This document shows positions 36,109-44,837 of a DNA stretch of 64,000 bases, piece after piece. The stretch covers positions 29,324-93,323 of the forward strand of contig JABHYY010000018.1 of the NCBI GenBank assembly GCA_018653605.1, written 5' to 3'. Both the position numbers and the translations under genes were made by a program. This DNA is from an archaeon (GTDB taxonomy: Archaea; Nanobdellota; Nanobdellia; SCGC-AAA011-G17; GW2011-AR17). The notes below the pieces were generated by a model. That model was given only the letters and a program-made list of their open reading frames with translations. It was not told where the DNA came from and ran no database searches. The stretch's first letter is position 1. Every line of letters begins with the position of its first letter.

Positions 36109-37193
36109 AATTATTGTTTGTAACAACAGGGATAGGGTATGGTGATCCAACTAGGATACACGAAATAATTTTAGAGATAAAAAAGAAATATCCTAAAACC
36201 AAAATTTTGATTGCATGTTATGATAATTCATATAACTATTTTAGAGACAAATTTCCTACAGTAAGAATCAAAGGCTATAATCTGCCTGGAAAATCATTAA
36301 AACTTAATTTCCCTTTAATGGTTATAAAAAATATATTTTTGCCAGCAACATGGATAACTAACATATTGAAAATAAGATTAATCAATAGAAAATTTATTCC
36401 AGACATAGTAATTTCAGATATTGAACCACTAGGCCCTTCAATTGCAAGAGTGTTGAAGAAAAAATGCCTGCTTTTCTTTGGTTATGACCCAGACATGTAT
36501 AAAGAATACAAAAAACACCACAAAATCAATTACAGAATAAAAGTTTGGACACACTATTTCAAAAGACTTTACAATCAAGCAGACTTAGCAATAATTCCAG
36601 TACTTCACAAAAGAAAAAAAGCAAGATTAAGATTAAGTTACATAAATCCGATTATAAGATTACTTCCAGAAGAATTACATGATAAAAAAATATTAATGAA
36701 AGAGTTAAAACTAAAAAGAAAACCAATCGTCGTCATGCTTGGAGGATCAAAAGTTGGTTGTGAACTTGCAGAAGAAGTAAACAAAGTTGCTAAATATTTC
36801 AAAGAAGATTTCATAATCTTCGGCAGTCACTTAGAAGACATTGAATTTGCTAAAAATGTTACATATCACAGATATAATCCAGAATTCTTAAAATATTTAA
36901 AGGTTTCAAAAGGTTTAATCACTCTAGCTGGCCAAAACACACTAGCAGAAGGAATGATCTACAAGAAAGCAGTTTTATGTTTTCCAATTAAAGACCATAT
37001 TGAACAGATACTAAATGCTTACACATTACAAGATTATATAATGGTTTCAAAAAGCACTAAAGGCATGAGAAGAACTTTGAATAAATTTATCAAAGAGATA
37101 CCTAAATTGCAAAAGAAAACTTCACAGTACAAATTAAAGCCAAATGGAGCAAAACAGTTTTTAAAATTATTAGAAATTGCACTTCAAGAATAA
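36105..37193 (+). CDS. GT-B glycosyltransferase (MurG/GT28/GT1-like)
   Basis: Start at ATG 36105 (atga overlap with PIG-L stop); N-term KLLFVTTGIGYGDPTR, C-terminal GT28-type domain PIVVMLGGSKVG...LAGQNTLAEGM. Confidence 0.65.
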   Translation: MKLLFVTTGIGYGDPTRIHEIILEIKKKYPKTKILIACYDNSYNYFRDKFPTVRIKGYNLPGKSLKLNFPLMVIKNIFLPATWITNILKIRLINRKFIPDIVISDIEPLGPSIARVLKKKCLLFFGYDPDMYKEYKKHHKINYRIKVWTHYFKRLYNQADLAIIPVLHKRKKARLRLSYINPIIRLLPEELHDKKILMKELKLKRKPIVVMLGGSKVGCELAEEVNKVAKYFKEDFIIFGSHLEDIEFAKNVTYHRYNPEFLKYLKVSKGLITLAGQNTLAEGMIYKKAVLCFPIKDHIEQILNAYTLQDYIMVSKSTKGMRRTLNKFIKEIPKLQKKTSQYKLKPNGAKQFLKLLEIALQE

Positions 37194-37954
37194 TCTTTTA
37201 TCACTTGTAACCATTCTTTTCCTCTTCTAGTAACTGCAGATAATTCAAAGATGAAACATTTCTTAACTTTGTTCTTATCTAAAAAATTCAAATCAGTCTT
37301 AAACTCAGAAAGGCTTTTGTAAATAGGTTCATCACCAAAGATTCCAACTCCAATCAAACCAATAGCAATATTTGCACCCTTATTCATTTTAATAAAAAAT
37401 CTAAACAAAAACCTATACAACCATCTTATCCAAAGAGGAGCAAAACTAGGATAAAACATAAAATTATTTTCTTTAGCCTCTTCCCAACCAAACCTTCTCA
37501 ACATAAACTTAGGCATAGGGAAAGATGAAGCTATAATTTTAGTTTCCTTATCTAATTTTTTTATTTTCTCTCTAAGATATTCACTATTCTTAGATTTTTT
37601 AAACAAACCACCCAAAACCCACTTACTTCCACTAAAAAAAGTATAACTTTCATCAGGTAAAGGAGGTTCAACATCAATTTTTATTTTCAAATCTTTAAAA
37701 TCATCTAACAAATCAATATTTTCTTTAGAAACAAATCCTGAAAACCAATAACCATCTTTTTTATCCAAAACAGGCCAAGGATTAGCTTCAATTCTTTCAC
37801 TAAAATGACTAATCTTTTTCTTTAGTTTGTTAAAATCCTTTCTTGACCTAACAGCAGTATAAATTTCAATATCTAAATCTAATTCATTCAACCATTTTGC
37901 TAACTTCTCCCAATCAACATCATCAGGGAATTCACACCAAAATCTAAATTTCAT
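37184..37954 (-). CDS. hypothetical protein
   Basis: 256 aa; coupled (4-bp overlap) to dus. Confidence 0.4.
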   Translation of the reverse strand: MKFRFWCEFPDDVDWEKLAKWLNELDLDIEIYTAVRSRKDFNKLKKKISHFSERIEANPWPVLDKKDGYWFSGFVSKENIDLLDDFKDLKIKIDVEPPLPDESYTFFSGSKWVLGGLFKKSKNSEYLREKIKKLDKETKIIASSFPMPKFMLRRFGWEEAKENNFMFYPSFAPLWIRWLYRFLFRFFIKMNKGANIAIGLIGVGIFGDEPIYKSLSEFKTDLNFLDKNKVKKCFIFELSAVTRRGKEWLQVIKDYS

Positions 37955-38874
37955 CTCAAACTCTCCATATACTTTATCATAAAATCGACATCCTTAATCT
38001 TGTTCAACTCTTTTCGAATAATCCTAGAATCTCTAAGATTCTTTGTAAACTCTTGAGCTCTCTGTTTCAAAGTATGCAAGTTAACCAAATCATATTTCAA
38101 AGCCAATTTATAATAATCCAAAAACCAGCCAACTTTCTCAGACAACCCAGGCATTTTCTCAACAGAACCATTTTCCAAATACTTCAAAATTCGAGAAAAA
38201 ACCATAGGATCACCAATTGCAGCACGACCAATCATTGCACCATCACAAATCTCTAACATTTTCTTAGCCTTACGACCATCAGTAACATCACCATTCCCAA
38301 TAACAGGAATACCCAAGTCTAACTCTTTCAAAGCACTCCAGTTAGCCTTCCCAGAAAACCCTTGTTTGTAAGTACGAGCATGCACAGCAACAGCTGAAGC
38401 ACCAGCATCTTCAATAATCTTACAAAGTTTAACAACATTATTTTTATCATAACCCAACCTTATCTTAGCAGTCACAGGTTTTGAAGTACAACCAACAATA
38501 GTAGAAATAATTTTACCAACCTTCTCAGGCCTTTTCAAAAGAGCAGCACCAGAACCAACACCAACAACCTGATGAGCAGGACAACCAAAATTAAAATCAA
38601 TTATATCAGCCTTAGATTCAATCATAGAAACAGCTTTCTTAATTGGCTCAGTTCGCAAACCAAACAACTGAAAAGAAACAGGCTTCTCTTCTTTGCAAGT
38701 CAAACACAATTTCTCAGTAGCCTTATTCCCACGAGACAAAGCATTAAGATTAATCATCTCAGAATACCTTAATCCAGCATCTTTACATAACAGTCTGTAA
38801 GGCAAGTTAGTAACACTAGCCATGGGTGCCAAAATTAAATTATTCTTTAGTTTAACATTACCTATTTTCATCAT
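37951..38874 (-). CDS. dus: tRNA-dihydrouridine synthase
   Basis: 307 aa; LILAPMASVTNLPYR, DFNFGCP FMN-binding TIM barrel motifs. Confidence 0.8.
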   Translation of the reverse strand: MMKIGNVKLKNNLILAPMASVTNLPYRLLCKDAGLRYSEMINLNALSRGNKATEKLCLTCKEEKPVSFQLFGLRTEPIKKAVSMIESKADIIDFNFGCPAHQVVGVGSGAALLKRPEKVGKIISTIVGCTSKPVTAKIRLGYDKNNVVKLCKIIEDAGASAVAVHARTYKQGFSGKANWSALKELDLGIPVIGNGDVTDGRKAKKMLEICDGAMIGRAAIGDPMVFSRILKYLENGSVEKMPGLSEKVGWFLDYYKLALKYDLVNLHTLKQRAQEFTKNLRDSRIIRKELNKIKDVDFMIKYMESLR

Positions 38875-39584
38875 AATTTGAAAACCTCCACAAAAGTTCC
38901 TATATCCTGATCAAAAGAATTATCTTTCGGCCAAATTTTAAGTTCATCTATTTTTCTAAATCCATTATCTATTAACAATTTATTTGTAAAACTTTTTGAA
39001 ACTTTAAATTCAAAATCAGTACTATTTGCAGTTTGTTTTAAGAAATCTTCCAAACCCTCTATCTTTACATCATCAGGGATCTCATTTAACAATTTTTCAT
39101 AATATTTTAAGCATAATTCTTTTGTTGGGAGATAAATTTCTGTTAAAATAAGAACTCCTCCATCCTTAAGAGAATCTTTTATTTTATTAATAAAAATTTG
39201 TTTCTTATCATTAGGCATATGATGATAAGCAAAAATAGAAAAAACAATATCTGATTCCTTTCTAAAACTTACTTCTAAAACATCTTTATTAATTATCTCT
39301 ATTTGTTCTGCTTTAATTTGGGATGATTTTGCAAGATTTAAAAATCCTTTATTTATATCAATTAAAATAGCTTTTGTTATGTTCATTAATTCAGCATATT
39401 TTTTTGTGTTGCTCCCAGCCCCACAACAAAAGTCAGAAATTGTAATTGAATCCTTATTCTCAGTATATTTCTTAGCTAATTTAAGAGAAGCTAAAATAGC
39501 TTTCATATAATCAGGTCTAAGAGATTGAAATTCTTCATATTTTTCTACTTTATTATATGCTTCAATTTTACCTATTTTCATCAT
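38871..39584 (-). CDS. class I SAM-dependent methyltransferase
   Basis: 237 aa; motif I DFCCGAGSNT, motif post-II LKDGGVLIL. Confidence 0.7.
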   Translation of the reverse strand: MMKIGKIEAYNKVEKYEEFQSLRPDYMKAILASLKLAKKYTENKDSITISDFCCGAGSNTKKYAELMNITKAILIDINKGFLNLAKSSQIKAEQIEIINKDVLEVSFRKESDIVFSIFAYHHMPNDKKQIFINKIKDSLKDGGVLILTEIYLPTKELCLKYYEKLLNEIPDDVKIEGLEDFLKQTANSTDFEFKVSKSFTNKLLIDNGFRKIDELKIWPKDNSFDQDIGTFVEVFKL

Positions 39585-39588
39585 AAAA

Positions 39589-39691
39589 CGGACCTGGCAG
39601 GATTTGAACCTGCGACCCCTTGCTTAGGAGGCAAGTGCTCTTTTTAGCCCTGTCAATTCTTAACAAAGTATCCAAACTGAGCTACAGGTCC
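39589..39691 (-). tRNA. tRNA-Arg (anticodon CCU) interrupted by ~28-nt non-canonical intron at D-loop/D-stem junction (39641..39668)
   Basis: Minus strand: GGACCUG-UA-GCUC-AGUUUGGAUA-[CUUUGUUAAGAAUUGACAGGGCUAAAAA]-GAGC-A-CUUGC-CUCCUAA-GCAAG-GGGUC-GCAGG-UUCAAAU-CCUGC-CAGGUCC-G; all stems pair once insert is removed. Confidence 0.6.
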
Positions 39692-39724
39692 CTATACAAA
39701 AAAAGAAAATATAAATATTTAAAG

Positions 39725-41512
39725 CTATCCCCTAATAACTATCTTCTCACCATCATCTAATAAGTCAACAATCCTCTTTCCAATCTCAGATCTTTTATTC
39801 AACTTAATTTCACCTTTCTTACCAGATGTAGAAGTTAAAAGATAATCATCACCATTAAAGAAGTCAACTTCCCTACCTTTCTTATCAATAGTAAACAAAA
39901 GAGTGTTACCTCTTTCCTTAAGTTGATAACTTAACTTTCTCTTCCTAACTCTTTCAACCCTTTTCTCAACAACATCAATACTTATACCCAATGATTTCTC
40001 AATCCGATCAATAGTCACACCTTTAGGTCCAATCAACTTACCTTTTGAACCAGGAGGAACATACACCCTAACTTTATGACCACCAACAACCTCAACCTCA
40101 AAATTTGAACAATACTTCTTCAACTCTCTCCTCAAATGTTTCTCAGCCAAACCTTCAACTCCAGTTTTCTGTTGATCACCAATAGGAATCACAACAGTAA
40201 CTTCACCATATGAATAAATTTCAAACACTAAAGTGTTAGTCTGCAAATCCTTAACCTCAATCACAGGTCGAGCCAAATCAGCCTCAGTCATACCAGAAGG
40301 AACTTTCACTTTCATACCCAAAGTCAAAACCTTAGCAATCTCTCCCTTATCAACAAAAATTATTGTATCAAGAACAGAAGGAATCATTCCAACCTCAATC
40401 CTAGAAATAAACCTCTGCACAGCATCAATCGGAGAAGCTGAATGCAAAACACCCATCATACTACTTCCACCAAGACGAAGATCAACAAACAACTTAAAAT
40501 CAGGTGTATCCCTCATCTCATCAAAAATAATATTATCAGGTCTAGATAAGAATAATATATCATGAATCTCTTCACCTGATGCAAAATTCTTAGAGTACTG
40601 AGTAATTCCTTCACTTAAAATTAAATCCCTAGGGCTCTCTACAGTCTTGACAACTCTTCCATTCGCAGCATAATACTCTGCTAGCGACTGACAAAAAGTA
40701 GATTTACCAGATCCAACCTCACCAGCAACTAAAACTCCAGAAGCACTCTCTTTCAACCTATCAAACACAGTAGCAGGCAAATCATACTGATCTAAATCTA
40801 ACTGCACCAAAGGCTTAACCGCAGTAATCTCCCATCCATCAGCAACAGGTGGCCTAACAATAACAATCCTAAACTGTCCATACTGAACAATGGTTGACCC
40901 TCTCCTAGAAATTTCAACAAAAGCACCATTTCTTTTCCTTGCTCTCTCAACAATTTCTTTTGCCCATTTTTGAATATCTTCTTGTGTTAACTTTTTCTTT
41001 TGTAACTGTACCAACTCCCAAGCACCAGGCTGCCCTTTTTTACCTAAAGGAGAAACACCCTCTCTCAAATGTACACTCATAGTTTTTTCATCAAAAAACT
41101 TTTCAATCTCTAATATTTGTTTTATCTTTTGTTCAATATACATTACTTTAAGACCCAAAGCTTTAGCACTCTCAGCCTGCACCATATCAGCAGTAACCAA
41201 AGTAGCCTTTTCAGCAAAAGCAACATCAATAATCATAGAATCAATCTCTCCACCCCTCTTAGCACCTTTAATCTGATTCAAATTTGGCCTTTCACCATAA
41301 AAAGTCAATTTAACTTTTTCTTTTTGCAAATTTTGCAACTCTTCTAAACCTAAAAACCCAGTTTCTCGACCAGTGTTAGCTTGATTTTCCAACTCAGCAA
41401 CAACAGCCCTAGGCACAACAATTTCACCTTTTAATTTTTTTTTCTTAACATAATCTGTAACCAACCTTTCAATCAGAACAGATGTATCTACTACATATTT
41501 CATGGTCCCCAC
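39725..41512 (-). CDS. PIN-domain + PilT/PhoH-like ATPase + KH-domain protein (archaeal COG1855)
   Basis: 595 aa; N-term PIN (YVVDTSVLIE), Walker A GEVGSGKST, C-terminal KH (IGPKGVTIDRIEKSLGISIDV). Confidence 0.8.
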   Translation of the reverse strand: MGTMKYVVDTSVLIERLVTDYVKKKKLKGEIVVPRAVVAELENQANTGRETGFLGLEELQNLQKEKVKLTFYGERPNLNQIKGAKRGGEIDSMIIDVAFAEKATLVTADMVQAESAKALGLKVMYIEQKIKQILEIEKFFDEKTMSVHLREGVSPLGKKGQPGAWELVQLQKKKLTQEDIQKWAKEIVERARKRNGAFVEISRRGSTIVQYGQFRIVIVRPPVADGWEITAVKPLVQLDLDQYDLPATVFDRLKESASGVLVAGEVGSGKSTFCQSLAEYYAANGRVVKTVESPRDLILSEGITQYSKNFASGEEIHDILFLSRPDNIIFDEMRDTPDFKLFVDLRLGGSSMMGVLHSASPIDAVQRFISRIEVGMIPSVLDTIIFVDKGEIAKVLTLGMKVKVPSGMTEADLARPVIEVKDLQTNTLVFEIYSYGEVTVVIPIGDQQKTGVEGLAEKHLRRELKKYCSNFEVEVVGGHKVRVYVPPGSKGKLIGPKGVTIDRIEKSLGISIDVVEKRVERVRKRKLSYQLKERGNTLLFTIDKKGREVDFFNGDDYLLTSTSGKKGEIKLNKRSEIGKRIVDLLDDGEKIVIRG

Positions 41513-41895
41513 CTCACATTTATTTCATTTACATTATAACTTACTCCATGCCAAATCTCTAAAACCTTCAGCACACCAAGCTCTTCACCAGGAGCTTCTA
41601 AAACAACACTAATTTCTAAAGATTCACCAGGCTCAATTACAAAATCACTTCCAGGATCAACTTCACCACCTTCCATTTGTACATAATCTATAAAAGCTGA
41701 TTCTCCACCTTGATTATAGAGAAAAAAGTTAAACTCAATATCTTTGTCAACATCATACTCATGCTGATCATCCAAATTCTCAACAACCAACCAAGCAGCT
41801 TCTTCACCAACAAAATACCCATAATAAACACCTAACCCAGTTGATAACAAAGTTAACAAAGCAATACCCAACGCAATATACTTAAACAATCCCAT
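41500..41895 (-). CDS. membrane-anchored hypothetical protein
   Basis: 131 aa; N-terminal TM; 13-bp overlap with downstream ATPase gene. Confidence 0.4.
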   Translation of the reverse strand: MGLFKYIALGIALLTLLSTGLGVYYGYFVGEEAAWLVVENLDDQHEYDVDKDIEFNFFLYNQGGESAFIDYVQMEGGEVDPGSDFVIEPGESLEISVVLEAPGEELGVLKVLEIWHGVSYNVNEINVRWGP

Positions 41896-41985
41896 AACAT
41901 TACTTAATTAAATAATCTATATAAACTTTGTGTTAAAGAGTTTAGCTACAGAAGTTTTTTAAAAGTAAATTTTTAGAGAGGTTTT

Positions 41986-42270
41986 ATGCAAGCAACAGAT
42001 AAAGAGGTAGTTTCTAAACTTGAATATATTGCTAATGTTGAAATTAAAAGAAGACAAGCACTAATAGATGCAGGAAACGAAGTATGGGGCTTTGAACTAA
42101 GAAATTTTATTCTAATCTTAACACCAGGATATCATCATTTTATAGAAAGAGCACAATCATTACAGGACACCTTTTCTGACAAAGCAAAAAGAGGTTATGA
42201 ACTTTTATGTAAAGGCAAAGCAAGAGTTTCATACTTTTCTCAAGAAAACCAAGAAAGCAGTATGCCCTAA
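41986..42270 (+). CDS. hypothetical protein
   Basis: 94 aa; 3' end overlaps convergent trmI. Confidence 0.3.
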   Translation: MQATDKEVVSKLEYIANVEIKRRQALIDAGNEVWGFELRNFILILTPGYHHFIERAQSLQDTFSDKAKRGYELLCKGKARVSYFSQENQESSMP

Positions 42271-42930
42271 CATTTGATTCAAAGGCCTAACCTTTTTACC
42301 TTCAACAACCCAATCTCTTTGCAAAACTTCACAAACTCTTTCAACAATAAACTCTTCATTAAAGGATCTGATCAAATCACCAAGTTGTGTTGTGGTTGGA
42401 AGATAACAAACCAAATAAGCACCACTTTTCAAAGATTTGTAAGCAACATCTAAAAAGTCCCAAGGATTTTGCAAATCTAAAACCATCAAATCAATATCAG
42501 TTTCTTTTGCTTCTGAAACACTCTGATTTTTCAGTTCAACATTATCAACTTTAAAGGTTTCTAAGTTTTTGTTAACAATTTTAAAACCATCAGCATTTTT
42601 TTCATAAGAATAAACTTTTTTACAAACATTTGAAAGACACAAAGTTAACATTCCAGAACCAGCACCAGCTTCTAAACAAACTGAATCTTTTCCAACCCCA
42701 GTGTAACCAAGTATAGTTCCAATATCTTTCAGGTGCATAGTTGCAGCACCTCTTTTAATTTTTTTCAAACTGTCTACAAACTTTGCATCAAAAACAATAA
42801 ACTCTTTTCCAGTGTTACTAACAGCTCTATTCCCAGTTAGATCACCCTCTTTAATAACACCATACTGAGTGTGAACATCTCCCTGTGTATGGTAAAATGT
42901 TTTACCTAGCCTTTTCAAAATCTTTTTCAT
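42229..42930 (-). CDS. trmI: tRNA (adenine-N1)-methyltransferase TrmI/GCD14-like
   Basis: 233 aa; SAM motif VCLEAGAGSGMLT, LVCYLPT. Confidence 0.75.
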   Translation of the reverse strand: MKKILKRLGKTFYHTQGDVHTQYGVIKEGDLTGNRAVSNTGKEFIVFDAKFVDSLKKIKRGAATMHLKDIGTILGYTGVGKDSVCLEAGAGSGMLTLCLSNVCKKVYSYEKNADGFKIVNKNLETFKVDNVELKNQSVSEAKETDIDLMVLDLQNPWDFLDVAYKSLKSGAYLVCYLPTTTQLGDLIRSFNEEFIVERVCEVLQRDWVVEGKKVRPLNQMLGHTAFLVFLRKV

Positions 42931-42997
42931 ATGTTAAAGAAACTAAGAACTGATTATAAAGGTTACTATCTGCATTCTAAACAAAAAAAAGCAAGCA

Positions 42998-43849
42998 CTA
43001 AAACATCAGAGGTGTAATATAAACTTCAACCAACCCTGCAAAGATAATAACCAAAATAGCAATAATCAAAAGATTAACAGAATCCTTCATTAAAATCTTA
43101 AACTTCTTATTACCCATTTTATAATGTAACACCCCAAGAGAAATCAAACCACCAGCCATACCACCAATAAAATAAGCAACTATCTCTAAAACTCCATGCG
43201 TCATATACCTTAACAAACCAAAAGAAACAGCACCAAAATAACCAGCAACTTTTGCAAACCCAACAGCACCAGCATAACTACTCAACCTATCTCTAATAAA
43301 CCCACCAATAGCTGCACTAATAACAGAAGCATTCCAAGTTAAAATGAAAATTGCACCAGCACCATAGAAAAATGAAAAGAACACACAGAAAAATAAAACT
43401 TTCAAATTATTCCCAATAATTGCAGACAAAAATGTCCATGAAGTAGCATTACCAGAAGTTAAATTACCATTAATAGCTTGTATTGTAGCAACTTGTGTAG
43501 CAAACAAATCAGCAACAAGATCAGCTGGCAAACAAAGATACCAAACAACTAAAGCACCAACATAACCAAAGAAAAGAAAAACAAAAACTCTCAAACCATA
43601 CAAATGTCCTTTCAAAATTTTAGATTCTTTTTTCTCTTTAAGATCTCTCTGTGCTTCATATCTAAGAGTTGCATAAACAAGTGGAATAGAAGCCATCACA
43701 GTAAGAAAAACTACAATCATACTTGCTTCAGATCTAAAAATCCATAATCCTAAGAAAACAGCAACAGTTGCATACAAGAATCCTAACAGAAAAACATGGA
43801 AAGGTTTTCTTTCAGCAAACTTCACCCCAATCAAAGATTCAAGAACCAT
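42998..43849 (-). CDS. SpoIIM/DUF95-like polytopic membrane protein
   Basis: 283 aa; ~6 TM. Confidence 0.45.
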   Translation of the reverse strand: MVLESLIGVKFAERKPFHVFLLGFLYATVAVFLGLWIFRSEASMIVVFLTVMASIPLVYATLRYEAQRDLKEKKESKILKGHLYGLRVFVFLFFGYVGALVVWYLCLPADLVADLFATQVATIQAINGNLTSGNATSWTFLSAIIGNNLKVLFFCVFFSFFYGAGAIFILTWNASVISAAIGGFIRDRLSSYAGAVGFAKVAGYFGAVSFGLLRYMTHGVLEIVAYFIGGMAGGLISLGVLHYKMGNKKFKILMKDSVNLLIIAILVIIFAGLVEVYITPLMF

Positions 43850-43983
43850 AAACTATTTCAAAACAAAGGAGTATATAAATTTTTCTTTAATTAATCCAAT
43901 GTAACTACAACTAAGAAGTAACTATTAGAGCACAATAAACTTTAAAAAAGGATTTCAATATTCTCAGTTTAATTAATAATAAA

Positions 43984-44817
43984 ATGGCTAAAAGACACAC
44001 AAAAGGAACTGATTTACCTGATCCAGATGCATTTGAAGCTTCATTAAAAGAACAAAGGAAAGATGGAGCAAATTTTGTTAGTGAAGGTGGAGTTATAGAA
44101 ACAGTTTATCCTTTAGCCGATGAAAACGTTGAGTCCCTACCAGAAAGAGACCCAACAGGAGAAAATAAAATGACAGAAGATAATGATAATACATTTGGAC
44201 AAGGTCCAAGAGAAATAGCACCAGAAGCACTTGGTGGAAAAGAAGAAGAAATCCCAGGATTAGTAAGAGATGGTTCAGATATGCAACAACATGCAGAAGA
44301 TTTTGTTGCTGATGGAGCAGCAGATCCTATTTTAGATGCACCAATAACATACAGAGCAATTGTTGTTGAAGATGGCAATAATGCTAGAGGAGAAATTGTA
44401 GCTGCACTTGATGAACATGAAAGAGTTGATAGTGTTTATGAAGTTACAAGAACACAAGACTTAAATGACCTTCCTTTCGCTAGAACAGATTACCTTTTCC
44501 TAGATTGGGATTTAAGAGGGACCCAAGATGGTGAAGATAATTTATACACTTCAGGAAATGGCCCACAAAGTGGAAAAGAAGTTTTAGAACTTGTAAACAG
44601 AAGAATTAGACAAGGACAAGATATTGGAGCAATTGTTGTTTTAAGTAGTTTTGGAGATATGGTAGCAGAAAATATAAGATCTTATGGATTAACACATTTA
44701 GAAAGAGTTTATATTAAAAAGAAACCAACCAGTATTCAAGAACTTGGAGACATGGCATTAACATCATTAGATGAAATGATTACAGAAAATTACGCAGACG
44801 ATACAACACAAGTTTAA
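43984..44817 (+). CDS. response-regulator receiver (REC) domain protein with ~120-aa acidic disordered N-terminus
   Basis: 277 aa; YRAIVVEDGNNARGEIV...YLFLDWDLRG...GKEVLELVNRR matches CheY-like fold (acidic pocket, phospho-Asp in LDWDL). Confidence 0.55.
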   Translation: MAKRHTKGTDLPDPDAFEASLKEQRKDGANFVSEGGVIETVYPLADENVESLPERDPTGENKMTEDNDNTFGQGPREIAPEALGGKEEEIPGLVRDGSDMQQHAEDFVADGAADPILDAPITYRAIVVEDGNNARGEIVAALDEHERVDSVYEVTRTQDLNDLPFARTDYLFLDWDLRGTQDGEDNLYTSGNGPQSGKEVLELVNRRIRQGQDIGAIVVLSSFGDMVAENIRSYGLTHLERVYIKKKPTSIQELGDMALTSLDEMITENYADDTTQV

Positions 44818-44837
44818 TTTTTTTATTTAATTTTTTA

